Shown: in pieces, positions 7,970 to 19,186 of the stretch | Layout: every line of letters begins with the position of its first letter | Position numbering within the stretch: the first letter of the stretch is position 1 | Program-made: the position numbers and the translations under genes | From: Deltaproteobacteria bacterium | GTDB taxonomy: Bacteria; Desulfobacterota; Binatia; HRBIN30; JACQVA1 | Assembly (NCBI GenBank): GCA_016178705.1 | Contig: JACOST010000008.1 | Location: 102,069-166,068 of the forward strand | DNA: 64,000 nucleotides | Direction: 5' to 3' | The notes under the pieces: generated by a model | Databases searched by the model: none | Seen by the model: only the letters and a program-made list of their open reading frames with translations | Told to the model about the DNA's origin: nothing

Positions 7970-8251
7970 ATGATGAAGAAGCCCAGCATCTCGTTCCGCC
8001 ACTTCGAGGGCTCCGGCCCGTTGTCGGTCTACTGGTACCCGGGGCCATACGGCGACGCCGTAGATGCCAGAAGCGGCGCCGGCGTCGGGTGGTTTGCGCC
8101 CAACGGGGAATTGCTCGGCGTCGAGTTCGACGACGTCACCGTTGAGCACGATCACCAAACACTTCCGTTCGCGAATGGAGAGAGCGTTGAAATCGAGGTC
8201 AGCCGCGGCAAGGTATCCGTCCGGCGCAAGCGGATTCGAAACGTTGCGTAG
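7970..8251 (+). CDS. DUF2283-like small protein (putative antitoxin partner)
   Basis: ...VGWFAPNGELLGVEFDDVTVEH fits the DUF2283 core (dG.lvGIEil). Adjacent and co-oriented with the DUF4258-like gene. Confidence 0.4.
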   Translation: MMKKPSISFRHFEGSGPLSVYWYPGPYGDAVDARSGAGVGWFAPNGELLGVEFDDVTVEHDHQTLPFANGESVEIEVSRGKVSVRRKRIRNVA

Positions 8252-8304
8252 CGCACGGAGACCAGGTGCAGCGTTTACTTGCGAGACCGCCAGAGCTGAG
8301 CGCC

Positions 8305-9402
8305 TCAGTCAACGTCGCCGCGCGGCTGCTGCTGCGTCAGGCAGTGGAGTGTTCCCAAACCCCACACGAGGTCGACGGCGTGGATGCCGATGATCTCGCG
8401 GGTTGAGAACAGTTTCGCGAGCGTGTCGAGGGCGACACGATCGTGCGGGTCGTTGAAGGTTGGGACCAACACCGACTGGTTGGCGATGTAGAAGTTGGCG
8501 TAGCTCGCCGGCAAACGCAGCGCCTCGTATCGAATCGGCTCGGGCATCGGCAGCTCGACGATTGCGAGCGGGCGACCGTCTTGATCGCGCATCGCTTTGA
8601 GCCGTCGCAGGTTGTCGGCCAGTGGCGCGTGATTCTCATCGTGTCGGTTCGGTTCGACGACGGTGACGACGGTGCGCGGATCGACGAAACGCGCGAGATC
8701 GTCGACGTGACCGTGCGTGTCGTCACCAGCGATGCCGCGGCCGAGCCACAAGATATTCGTCACCCCGAGATGATCGGCCAGAGCTTCCTCGATCTGTTGG
8801 CGCGACAAGCGCGGATTGCGTGCTTGGATTGGTGAGAGCAAACACTCTTCCGTCGTCAGCAGCGAGCCGCGGCCGTTGACGTCGATGCTGCCGCCTTCGA
8901 GCACGACGCGCTCGCCCTGCACGGTCGGCACGAACCGCGGCAGCCGCAGTCGGCGAGCCAGCTTGGCGTTGACGGCGTCGTCGAGCTGATGGTTGCGATA
9001 TTTCGCCCAGCCATTGAACCGCCAGTCGGTGATCGCGATCCGACGCCCGCGTCGGACGAAGATGGGACCGAAGTCGCGGGTCCAACCGCGATTGGTCGGG
9101 ATGATGAAGAACCGGATCTGCCTGAGCGGTACGTACGCCTTGGCCAGTAACCGCCGCACGCGCACGCGCGCAACAACGTCCTTAACGATGATCCGCAGCG
9201 GCTCGCTGCGCGCGAGCGCGCGCGCGATCTCGACGTAGACGAAGTGAATCGCGGCGATCTTCCCCGGCCAGTCCGCGCCATGATGCGGCCAGGCAATCCA
9301 GGTCGCCGCGTGCGGCTCGAACTCGGCCGGCATGCGGTAGCCGAGTTGCGCGGGGGTTTCGGGTTCGTCGTCGCTGCGCACGGTCGGCTCCACTATCGTC
9401 AC
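8305..9402 (-). CDS. aguA: Agmatine deiminase
   Basis: 365 aa with the C-terminal catalytic motif GTLHCLTQQQP (HCxTQQxP) and an N-terminal WIAWPH motif typical of the agmatine deiminase/PAD family. Confidence 0.8.
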   Translation of the reverse strand: MTIVEPTVRSDDEPETPAQLGYRMPAEFEPHAATWIAWPHHGADWPGKIAAIHFVYVEIARALARSEPLRIIVKDVVARVRVRRLLAKAYVPLRQIRFFIIPTNRGWTRDFGPIFVRRGRRIAITDWRFNGWAKYRNHQLDDAVNAKLARRLRLPRFVPTVQGERVVLEGGSIDVNGRGSLLTTEECLLSPIQARNPRLSRQQIEEALADHLGVTNILWLGRGIAGDDTHGHVDDLARFVDPRTVVTVVEPNRHDENHAPLADNLRRLKAMRDQDGRPLAIVELPMPEPIRYEALRLPASYANFYIANQSVLVPTFNDPHDRVALDTLAKLFSTREIIGIHAVDLVWGLGTLHCLTQQQPRGDVD

Positions 9403-9487
9403 GCCCGCCGCATGACAACCCTAGCGTGGGCTCAGCGGCTCAGATGCGCGGCTTGACTCGCACGGCGAGCCGTAGTCTGTTCCCGCC

Positions 9488-9991
9488 ATGCCGCGCCGCG
9501 CTCCCACACCAAAGCGAGCAGCCGCCCGCCCGACTCCTCCGTCGCGCCGCAAACCCTTGGTGCCACTGAGCGCGGTGCGCGCGTATCTCGTCGCGCAGTC
9601 TGAAGTGGTGGCGCCCGAGGACATTCGCACGTTACTCACTCAGGTCGATTCCATTCGCCACAAAGCCAAGCTCGACATGGTGCAGCACCCGCGGTTTCAC
9701 CGCCAGGTCGATGTCGCGCTGGAACTGTTGGTCGACCACACCGCCGGCGAGTGCCCGCAGATCCCCCTCTACACCGTCAGCTTGCTGGCCGCCGCGCTGT
9801 TCTACTTCATCGAGCCAATGGACCTCATCCCCGACTTCATTCCGCGCATCGGTCTGACCGACGATGCCCTCATGCTCGAACTCGCCTGCCAACTCGGCGC
9901 CCCGGGCCTCGATCGCTATTGCACGTTCAAGAGCATCGCGACCGACGGTGTGTTCACAAGGCCGGGCACACTCGCACGACGCCGATCGTAG
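9488..9991 (+). CDS. DUF1232 (YkvA-like) membrane protein
   Basis: Contains DLIPDFIPRIGLTDDALML, the DUF1232 signature. Confidence 0.65.
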   Translation: MPRRAPTPKRAAARPTPPSRRKPLVPLSAVRAYLVAQSEVVAPEDIRTLLTQVDSIRHKAKLDMVQHPRFHRQVDVALELLVDHTAGECPQIPLYTVSLLAAALFYFIEPMDLIPDFIPRIGLTDDALMLELACQLGAPGLDRYCTFKSIATDGVFTRPGTLARRRS

Positions 9992-10026
9992 TCTCCAGGG
10001 AAGCTGCGCAGGGCTAGCGAGCTTCC

Positions 10027-10095
10027 CACCAAAGTCGCCCCTCGATACGCCGTCCCTCGATACGAAGCCTTCGGCTTCTACTCGGGACGACTACT
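10027..10095. repeat. REP/MITE-like element, copy 2 (inverted relative to 2428-2497), followed by a partial third copy at about 10125-10170
   Basis: The reverse complement of cgcccctcgatacgccgtccctcgatacgaagccttcggcttctactcgggacgactactcggggaag matches 2428-2497 with few mismatches. The downstream cccgtttgcccgagtag...cgtatcgaggg repeats the element core in direct orientation. Confidence 0.7.
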
Positions 10096-10205
10096 CGGGG
10101 AAGCGGTGCGGGTCAGGAACTCCAACACCCGTTTGCCCGAGTAGATCGCAAAGCGATCGTATCGAGGGTGCGAAGCGCGCGACCGTGAGAGTCGCGCGGC
10201 GGTCG

Positions 10206-11225
10206 TTACGCGACCAAGTCGGTCGCGCTCTTCTTCTCGATGCCAAGCGCGGCGATCAGCCGCTCGCGGACGTGCTGCGCAGCGGGCTGCCAGTCGCCGT
10301 CGGGAACCGGCATGCGTCCGCCGGCGATTTGATCGTGGCCGCCCGCGTGGTGGCTGCCGAGGACCTTTTGCAGCAGCTCGCCGGCGTTGACGTCGCGATT
10401 GACCGTGCGCAGCGACACGTACAGCGCGCCCTGATAGTAGCCCATCGCCGCGGTCCATTCGGCCTGATCGAGCCGCAAAAGAAAATCGGCAACTTCAGCC
10501 ACCATGTCGGGATAGCGCACCTCGCCGATCGAGGTGATCACGGCCTTGTCGTCGTAGATCACCGCCGACTCGATAGCGTCGCGGAAGCCGCGGAAGTACT
10601 CGCGCGGCACGCGCGCGTTCTCGATCTTCGCCAGACGCCGCTTGTTGGTGTGCGGATAGAGAAACTGGCTGGCGTGAATGTCCGCCTGCGTCGCTTCGCG
10701 GCCAAGGTCTTGGGTTTCCGCCGCGATCCCGTAAAAGAGCGCGGTGGCGATTTTCGGTTCGATTTCCAACCGCGACTCTTGCAGGTACTCGGTGAGAATC
10801 GTGGAGGTGGCGCCGTACTCATCACGCAAGTCGAAGAATGGAACCTGATGCGTATCGCAGTAGGCCGGGTGATGATCGATCACCACCGCCGGCGGGAAGC
10901 CTTCGGGAAGCGAGTTGTTGGTACGCCCCGGTTGCGTGTCGACCAACGCGACGACGGTGTCGCGCGCGAACGGAATGTCGCCGACCGGAACGAGATTGAT
11001 GTTGAGGTAGGTTAGCATCGCGCGGTTCTCTGCCCGCCCGACGATCCCGCCGAGGGCGATGACGGAATCCTTCCCGAGCCGATGCTTGACGATGTACTGT
11101 AGCGTCGCGGCGCTGGCGAGCGCGTCGGGGTCCGGGTTGTCGTGCGGCAGGATGACAAACGGGCCGGCCTGCTCCACCACGTCGAGGAGAGCCCCGAGCG
11201 CCCCTTTACCCGAGTTATTGGGCAT
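10206..11225 (-). CDS. DHH/DHHA1 phosphoesterase (NrnA-like oligoribonuclease/pAp phosphatase)
   Basis: Has the DHH-family motifs ILPHDNPDPDALAS and VVIDHH, with a C-terminal DHHA1 region ending ...GGHDQIAGGRMP. Confidence 0.75.
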   Translation of the reverse strand: MPNNSGKGALGALLDVVEQAGPFVILPHDNPDPDALASAATLQYIVKHRLGKDSVIALGGIVGRAENRAMLTYLNINLVPVGDIPFARDTVVALVDTQPGRTNNSLPEGFPPAVVIDHHPAYCDTHQVPFFDLRDEYGATSTILTEYLQESRLEIEPKIATALFYGIAAETQDLGREATQADIHASQFLYPHTNKRRLAKIENARVPREYFRGFRDAIESAVIYDDKAVITSIGEVRYPDMVAEVADFLLRLDQAEWTAAMGYYQGALYVSLRTVNRDVNAGELLQKVLGSHHAGGHDQIAGGRMPVPDGDWQPAAQHVRERLIAALGIEKKSATDLVA

Positions 11226-11290
11226 ACGCGGCGGTTATAGTCCGCCCCGTGCCGCGCTCGCAACCGGCGCGAGCGAGCGATGACTCGACC

Positions 11291-11554
11291 TCATCGACTC
11301 GACGACTCGACGTGGCCCTGCAGCTCCGCGCGGGCCGCCATGTGCGCGGCGCGCAGACCGGCGAGCTGGCCGTCTTCGTAGTTGAACTCCGGATCGCGCA
11401 CGAGCGCGGGAAAATCGTGCGGGTTGCGGAGATCCTCGGACGTGAGATCGGGAACCACTTCACGCGCCATGCGCAGCAGCTTGCTCTCCTGCTGCGCGAT
11501 CATTTGCGTGAACAGCCGATCGAGCGCGGCGAGCGTGTCCTCGGCCACCGACAC
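11291..11554 (-). CDS. Hypothetical protein (87 aa, GTG start)
   Basis: ORF immediately upstream of the nrnA-like gene and co-oriented with it. No recognisable motif. It could be the 3' part of a frameshifted gene together with 11567-11926. Confidence 0.25.
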   Translation of the reverse strand: MSVAEDTLAALDRLFTQMIAQQESKLLRMAREVVPDLTSEDLRNPHDFPALVRDPEFNYEDGQLAGLRAAHMAARAELQGHVESSSR

Positions 11555-11566
11555 GATCCATCCGAT

Positions 11567-11926
11567 CTAGGCGAGTAAGGCGGCGAAGCGGCGCAGCAGG
11601 TTCGCGCGCACCGACTCCGGCACTTCGTCGTCGGGCGCGCGCGTCAGCGTGCTGTGATACCACTGGCACGCCGCCACGTAGAAGTAGTCGAGCACAACAT
11701 CGAAGACGATGCGGACGGTCAACGCGAACTCATCCTCGCGCAGCGCCAGTACCGATTGCTCGTCGTCGAGAAAGACGCCGGGCGTGTGCATCGCGCGAAA
11801 GACATTGACCCGCAGCCCCACGCATTCGTGCAGACTCGCGTATGGTGCTGCGTCGAGCAACCGCTGACTCACGTTCCCCTCCCCCGTGAACTGCGCATGA
11901 CCGGCTCGTGTACTTGACGGCGGCAT
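11567..11926 (-). CDS. Hypothetical protein (119 aa)
   Basis: ORF separated by 12 nt and a frame change from the next ORF. No recognisable motif. Confidence 0.25.
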   Translation of the reverse strand: MPPSSTRAGHAQFTGEGNVSQRLLDAAPYASLHECVGLRVNVFRAMHTPGVFLDDEQSVLALREDEFALTVRIVFDVVLDYFYVAACQWYHSTLTRAPDDEVPESVRANLLRRFAALLA

Positions 11927-11967
11927 GCTATCCAGTTTGAGAAGTCAATTGCAAGGATGAATTTGCC

Positions 11968-13415
<1,448 letters not shown>

Positions 13416-13419
<4 letters not shown>

Positions 13420-14768
13420 GCGCGCAGGCCCTCGAAGACATCGCTGAGGTGTTGCTCACCGCGGCGAAGCGCCACGGCGCTACCAGCGCTGACGTTGTGG
13501 TCGCCGAGGGCGATTCGCTGTCGGTCGGCGTTCGCTTGGGCGAAATCGAAAAGATCAAACGTGCGCGCGCCAAGCATCTCGGCTTGCGCGTGTTCGTCGG
13601 GCAATCGACCGCGATCTCCGCCACCGCCGACTTCAGCCGCGACTCGCTGACACAGCTAGCGGAAGAAACCTGCGCCCTGGCGCGCGTCACTGCACCGGAC
13701 CCGTTCGGCGGTCTGCCGCCAGCGGAGGATCTCGCCCGTGCGATTCCCGATCTCGACCTGTACGATCCCGACGCGGAAACCGTCACACCCGAGCACGGAA
13801 TCGAGCTGGCGCGTCGCGCCGAAGACGCCGCGCGCGGCGCAGACCCACGCATCACCAATTCCGAAGGCGCAGAGTTCGGCGCCGGACACGATCGCGTGCT
13901 CTATGCCTCCAGTACCGGATTCGTCGGCGGCTATCGCGATTCCGGTTTCTCGCTGTCGGCGGTACCGATCGCCACCGAGAACGGCAGCATGCAACGCGAC
14001 TACTGGTATTCGTCACACCGCAAGCTGGCCGCGCTCGAATCGCCCGAAGCTATCGGCCGCAAAGCCGCCGCGCGCACGGTGCGCCGCCTCGGTGCGCGCC
14101 AAGTGCCGACCTGCGAAGTCCCCGTCGTCTTCGACCCCGAGACCGCGGGGAGTCTGTTGCGCCACTTGGCCGGCGCGGTGTCGGGCTATTCACTCTACAA
14201 GGGCAGCTCGTTCCTCATCGGTAAGTTGGGCGAGCGCATTGCCCCGGAGTTTCTCACCGTGTACGACGATGGCACGCTCGTCGGTGGACTCGGCTCGAAG
14301 CCGTTCGACGGCGAAGGTCTCGCGACGCGGCGCAACACCATCATCGACCGCGGCGTGTTGACCAGCTACCTGTTCGATACCTACTCCGCCCGCAAGCTCA
14401 GCAGCCGCAGCACCGGCAGCGCCAGTCGCTCGATCGGCGATGCGCCGCACGTGGGCACCACCAACATGTTTCCAGTTGCCGGTACGTTGTCGGCGGCGGA
14501 GATCATTCGCAGCGTACCGGCGGGACTCTACGTCACTGAGTTGATCGGCATGGGTGTCAACCCGGTGACCGGAGACTACTCGCGCGGAGTCGTCGGTCAG
14601 TGGATCGTCAACGGCGAGTTGGCATACGCGGTGGAAGAGATCACCATCGCCGGCAACCTGTTGGAGATGTTCCGCACCATCGAATGCCTCGGCAGCGATC
14701 TCGATCTGCGACATTCGGTTTCGGCGCCGACCATCAAGATCGCGCGCATGACCGTCGCTGGAACTTGA
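13416..14768 (+). CDS. pmbA: Metalloprotease PmbA/TldE
   Basis: 450 aa paralog directly after tldD with an overlapping start, as in the typical tldD-pmbA pair. Confidence 0.8.
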
Positions 14769-14819
14769 GAGCGGCGGGCGTTCGTCAAAACCTACCGGCT
14801 CCGGTATAACTCGCCACGT

Positions 14820-15473
14820 ATGCGGCGGTGGGTGGTAGCGGCCGCGGCCGTGACCGCGATTGGGCTGTCCGGATGCGGGCTGTTCGGAGGCCCGCGCCCT
14901 GCGTCGAGCAGCGCCGTTACCGGCACAACCCAGACCGGCATCGCGTCGTGGTACGGCCCAGGCTTTCATGGCAACCCAACGTCGAGCGGCGAGATCTTCG
15001 ACCAAGACGAGTTGACCGCCGCGCACCAGACGCTGCCATTGGGCACGCGCGTCGCGGTCACCAACATGGAGAACGGCCGCTCGGTTGAAGTTCGCGTCAA
15101 CGATCGCGGGCCGTTCGTCGACGGTCGCATTATCGATCTGTCGCATGCCGCGGCACGATCGCTCGGCATGATCGGACCAGGCACCGCCCCCGTCCGACTC
15201 GAAGTGCTCGGCCAGCGGAACGCCCGGACGGAGACCGCGGCATTCGCGCTCCAAGTCGGTGCGTTCGCCGATCCGCGCAACGCGGAACAGCTCAAAGCCA
15301 GCCTGGAGAAGCGATTCGCCTATGTCCGTGTGGCGACGCTCAAGGGCGAGCAAGGGTGCTACTACCGCGTACGCGTGGGACGGTTTGCGCGACGAGTTGA
15401 CGCGGTCGAGATCGCGCGCACGATCACACCGCTCGGGTTGCCCACCGTGATCGTCGAAGATCCGGGACCGTGA
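14820..15473 (+). CDS. rlpA: Septal ring lytic transglycosylase RlpA family lipoprotein (DPBB + SPOR domains)
   Basis: Lipoprotein signal ...IGLSGCG. DPBB region IASWYGPGFHGNPTSSGEIFD...TAAH. C-terminal SPOR-like region FALQVGAFADPRNAEQL. Confidence 0.75.
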   Translation: MRRWVVAAAAVTAIGLSGCGLFGGPRPASSSAVTGTTQTGIASWYGPGFHGNPTSSGEIFDQDELTAAHQTLPLGTRVAVTNMENGRSVEVRVNDRGPFVDGRIIDLSHAAARSLGMIGPGTAPVRLEVLGQRNARTETAAFALQVGAFADPRNAEQLKASLEKRFAYVRVATLKGEQGCYYRVRVGRFARRVDAVEIARTITPLGLPTVIVEDPGP

Positions 15474-16117
15474 AGCGCGCCGACACCGATATCCTGCCGA
15501 AGCTCTGGAGTCCCAGCCTCGAAGCGCTCGCGCTGCTGGCGGTCACGTTGCCGCTGGCGCTGTACGCGCGCGAGCCCGCTCTCTGGTTTTTGGTACCGTT
15601 CGCCGTCATCACGATGCAACGGCGCACCTATGCCGACTACGGATTGGATTTCTCAGCGCGCACGATGTGGGGCACACCACGATTCCATCTGCTGACCTGT
15701 GCGATCATCTTCGTCCCCTACGCGATGGGACATATCCTGTTGGCGCGCGTGTGGTTCGGGCAACACTTCACGTTCGCCCTGCCGGAACGGTTACCGATGT
15801 TGTTGTGGGACCAGCTGCTGGGAGTCGCGCTGCCGGAGGAGTTCTTCTTCCGCGGCTATTTGCAGTCGCAACTGAACGCGAGTTTCGGCCGCCCCTACCG
15901 CACGTTCGGCGCCGCGTGGGGTCTCGGCCTGGTGTTCGGCGCGGCGCTGTTCGCACTCTGCCACGTCCCGTTGGGCGGGCCCGGACAACTCATCGTCTTC
16001 TTTCCCGGACTATTGTACGGCTGGCTGCGTGAGCGTACCGACAACGTCTTGGTGCCGACGGTCTACCACGCGGTGAGCAACGTGCTGCTCAAGACGATGC
16101 TGCTGAGTCTCCACTAA
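15470..16117 (+). CDS. CPBP-family intramembrane glutamic endopeptidase (CAAX protease-like)
   Basis: The three CPBP motifs are present (LPEEFFFRGYL, FALCHV, YHAVSNVL) on a multi-pass membrane protein. GTG start overlaps the rlpA stop. Confidence 0.7.
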   Translation: MKRADTDILPKLWSPSLEALALLAVTLPLALYAREPALWFLVPFAVITMQRRTYADYGLDFSARTMWGTPRFHLLTCAIIFVPYAMGHILLARVWFGQHFTFALPERLPMLLWDQLLGVALPEEFFFRGYLQSQLNASFGRPYRTFGAAWGLGLVFGAALFALCHVPLGGPGQLIVFFPGLLYGWLRERTDNVLVPTVYHAVSNVLLKTMLLSLH

Positions 16118-16289
16118 CGGCTGCGGACCGTTCTCGGGACGCGTTACCTAATTAACGATCAACGACCTTTCGCCGGCACGGATCTGGGCTCCAGCTGGCC
16201 ACTCAGGCCCGCGTTTTCCCCGTCGGCACGCACTGGCGTGTGGCGTGTTGATTGCTTAGAGCAGTGCCATTCGACGGAGGGGTCGAGGT

Positions 16290-17399
16290 ATGGATATCAC
16301 GCAGTTACTCACGTTCGCACATCAGCAAGGCGCCTCGGACGTTCATCTGAGCGCTGGCGAACCGCCGATGTTGCGTCTGCACGGGGACATGAAGCGGCTC
16401 GAACACGCTGCCCTGGGGGCGGAAGAGACCCGGCATATGGTGTTCGACATCATGTCGGACTCGGTACGCAAGGCCTACGACGAGACCCACGATGTCGATT
16501 TTTCCTTCGAGTTGGGCGATCTGGCGCGCTTCCGCGTCAACGTCTTTCGCCAACGCAAAGGCGATGCTGCGGTGTTCCGGCTCATCCCGTCAAAAGTCAT
16601 GACCATGGACCAGCTCAGCCTGCCCCCGATCTTGAAGGACATCTGCGAAAAGGAGAAGGGACTGGTGTTGGTGACCGGTCCGACCGGCTCGGGTAAATCG
16701 ACGACGCTGGCGGCCATGATCGACTTCATTAACATTACCTACGAAGGTCACATTCTGACCATCGAAGATCCGATCGAGTTCGTCCACGAATCGAAGAAGT
16801 GCCTGATCAACCAGCGCGAACTGGGCCCGCACACGCAGTCGTTTGCCAACGCATTGCGCGGCGCGCTGCGCGAGGATCCCGACGTGATTCTGGTCGGCGA
16901 AATGCGCGACCTCGAAACCATCTCGCTGGCGTTGACCGCGGCCGAAACCGGGCATTTGGTGTTCGCCACCGTCCACACCTCGAGCGCACCGAAGACGGTG
17001 GACCGAGTCATCGACGTGTTCCCTGCCGCGCAGCAAGAGCAAATCCGCACGATGTTTGCGGAGTCGATTCAGGCGGTCATCACCCAGACGTTGCTGAAGC
17101 AGCGCGTCGGCGGACGCATCGCGGCGTTGGAGATCCTGATGGGCACGCCGGCGGTGCGCAACCTAATCCGCGAAGGCAAGGTCCACCAGTTGCCATCGGC
17201 CATGCAGACGGGTCAGAATGTCGGCATGCAGACGCTGGACATGGCGCTGGTCGATCTGGTCAACAAGAACATGGTGACCATTGAAGAGGCGCAGTCCAAG
17301 ACCCTGACCCCCAACTTGTTCAAAGCCGCCGGTGGAGAAGCGCGAGCGAAGCTCGTACCGCCGCCCCGCTCCGCCAGCCCGCTGGTCGGACGCGCGTGA
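16290..17399 (+). CDS. pilT: Type IV pilus retraction ATPase PilT
   Basis: MDITQLLTFAHQQGASDVHLSAGEPPMLRLHGDM... with Walker A GPTGSGKST and the PilT family core. Confidence 0.85.
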   Translation: MDITQLLTFAHQQGASDVHLSAGEPPMLRLHGDMKRLEHAALGAEETRHMVFDIMSDSVRKAYDETHDVDFSFELGDLARFRVNVFRQRKGDAAVFRLIPSKVMTMDQLSLPPILKDICEKEKGLVLVTGPTGSGKSTTLAAMIDFINITYEGHILTIEDPIEFVHESKKCLINQRELGPHTQSFANALRGALREDPDVILVGEMRDLETISLALTAAETGHLVFATVHTSSAPKTVDRVIDVFPAAQQEQIRTMFAESIQAVITQTLLKQRVGGRIAALEILMGTPAVRNLIREGKVHQLPSAMQTGQNVGMQTLDMALVDLVNKNMVTIEEAQSKTLTPNLFKAAGGEARAKLVPPPRSASPLVGRA

Positions 17400-17406
17400 C
17401 CAATCG

Positions 17407-18576
17407 ATGCACGACATCCGAACGCTCCTGAGCGAGATGGGCGTGCGTGGCGCGTCCGACCTGTATCTCACCGCCGACAGTCCACCGGTGTTGCGCATCG
17501 AAGGCATCACGGAGAACTACGGGGACGAAATCCTCACCGCGCCCGAGGTCGAAGAGCTCGCCAACGCGGTAATGACCGAGCGCCAGCGTGCCACGTTCGA
17601 AGAGCGGCTCGAGATGAACCTCGCGTTGGCGTCCGGCCGGCTCGGCCGCTTTCGCGTCAACGTCTTCCGCCAACGCGGCGCGGTCGCCGTCGTAATCCGC
17701 CAAATCAAAACGCAGATTCCCAGCATCGACGAACTGTGCTTACCCGCAGTGCTGAAACGCATTGTGCTCAGTCGCCGCGGACTCGTGCTCGTCACCGGAG
17801 CCACCGGCTCCGGTAAATCGACGACCCAGGCCGCGATGATCGACTACCGTAACGATCACACCCGCGGTCACATCGTCACGATCGAAGATCCAATCGAATT
17901 TGTCCACCCGCACAAACACTGCCTCATCAGCCAACGCGAAGTCGGCTTCGACACCGTCTCGTTCAGCGAGGCCCTGCGTAACACCTTGCGCCAGGCACCG
18001 GACTTGATCCTGATCGGCGAAGTGCGCGACCTCGAGACGATGGAAGCCGCCATCACCTTCGCCGAGACCGGCCACCTGTGCGTCGCGACCCTCCACTCCA
18101 ACAATGCCAACCAGGCGATCGAGCGGGTGATGAACTTCTTCCCGGCGATGCGTCACCCGGAAATTTTCCTCCAACTGTCGCTCAATCTGCGCGCGATCAT
18201 CTCGCAGCGCCTGGTGCAGGGGGTCGATGGCAAACGGGTCGCTGGGCTCGAGATCCTGATCGATACGCCGCGCATCCGCGACCTGATCAAGAAGGGTGAG
18301 GTCGACGTCCTCAAAGACGCCATGCAGCAGAGCATGCTCGAAGGCGGGCAGACATTCGACCAGGCGCTCTACGATCTCTACGCCGAGGGTCGAATCACCG
18401 AAGAGCACGCGCTGGCCAACGCCGACAGCGCGAACAATCTGCGCATCCGCATCAAAAACCTCGACCTGCGCGAAGCCGCCAAGGCCGATGCCGGCAAGCC
18501 CTCTCGGCACAGCAAGCCTGACAAGGACGATTTGCGTATCGAAGGCGTCCCGACTGTCAACGTCCGCCGCCTGTAA
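17407..18576 (+). CDS. pilU: PilT-family ATPase paralog (PilU-like) with a ~40-aa basic C-terminal extension
   Basis: MHDIRTLLSEMGVRGASDLYLTADSPPVLRIEG... with Walker A GATGSGKST. Start at ATG 17407, in frame within the longer track ORF. Confidence 0.8.
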   Translation: MHDIRTLLSEMGVRGASDLYLTADSPPVLRIEGITENYGDEILTAPEVEELANAVMTERQRATFEERLEMNLALASGRLGRFRVNVFRQRGAVAVVIRQIKTQIPSIDELCLPAVLKRIVLSRRGLVLVTGATGSGKSTTQAAMIDYRNDHTRGHIVTIEDPIEFVHPHKHCLISQREVGFDTVSFSEALRNTLRQAPDLILIGEVRDLETMEAAITFAETGHLCVATLHSNNANQAIERVMNFFPAMRHPEIFLQLSLNLRAIISQRLVQGVDGKRVAGLEILIDTPRIRDLIKKGEVDVLKDAMQQSMLEGGQTFDQALYDLYAEGRITEEHALANADSANNLRIRIKNLDLREAAKADAGKPSRHSKPDKDDLRIEGVPTVNVRRL

Positions 18577-18592
18577 GGACCCGCGCCCGCGC

Positions 18593-19186
18593 TCAGTGGC
18601 CGGTTCGCGCCAACAAAATCCGCTTCGCGCTGCCGGCCACCGCCGAGGGAATGTTTTTACTCTTGGCGAGCAGACGGAGTTCGCGCTCACTCAGTGAGTT
18701 GACGAATTTCAACGCCACCGCGATTGGGGTCTTGGGGTTGCCGACCAACGCACTGCGTATCTGCGGATTGCGACCCCACTCCTTGTCGTCGCCGATGATG
18801 CGCAGCAGGTCCGCATCGATATTGCGGTTGCGTGAGACGGCTACGATCTCATCGTCGGTGATGCGGGGATTCTGCATGACGAAGCGCGGCACGATGTGGC
18901 TGGCATCGCGGATCAGGATGTTGCGCGCATCGCGATTGCCTTTCAACGCGAGCTTGATCTTCTCGCCGACGGTCAATCGCATGACTTGATTGTACAGGCT
19001 CTCGTTGATCTTCGGTTCCACCGGTTCGCCAGCGATCAACTCCTCGGGCGCGACTGGGGCCGGGCGTGGCGCCGATGCGGGCTCTGGATCTTCGATCAAG
19101 ACTTCGGGCAACTGATATGGATCCTCGCCGCGGTCGATCTGGTCGACGAGCGCAGCGAGTTCTTCGGCGCTGATCTCACCTGCCAT
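18593..19186 (-). CDS. Hypothetical protein with LRV/HEAT-like tandem helical repeats, translationally coupled to the EF-G paralog
   Basis: ATG overlaps the stop of the upstream EF-G-like gene (TAATG). Two repeats of the type NRDARNILIRD...NPRITDDEIVAV / NIDADLLRIIGDD...NPQIRSALVGNPKTP. The track ORF from 19408 is rejected as an extension. Confidence 0.4.
   Translation of the reverse strand: MAGEISAEELAALVDQIDRGEDPYQLPEVLIEDPEPASAPRPAPVAPEELIAGEPVEPKINESLYNQVMRLTVGEKIKLALKGNRDARNILIRDASHIVPRFVMQNPRITDDEIVAVSRNRNIDADLLRIIGDDKEWGRNPQIRSALVGNPKTPIAVALKFVNSLSERELRLLAKSKNIPSAVAGSAKRILLARTGH

Noticed and set aside
11291-11926. Single frameshifted gene spanning the two small ORFs upstream of the nrnA-like gene
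   Set aside because: This is possible (12-nt gap, frame change, GTG start without a clear RBS), but without a recognisable family I cannot decide. Both are kept as low-confidence hypotheticals.
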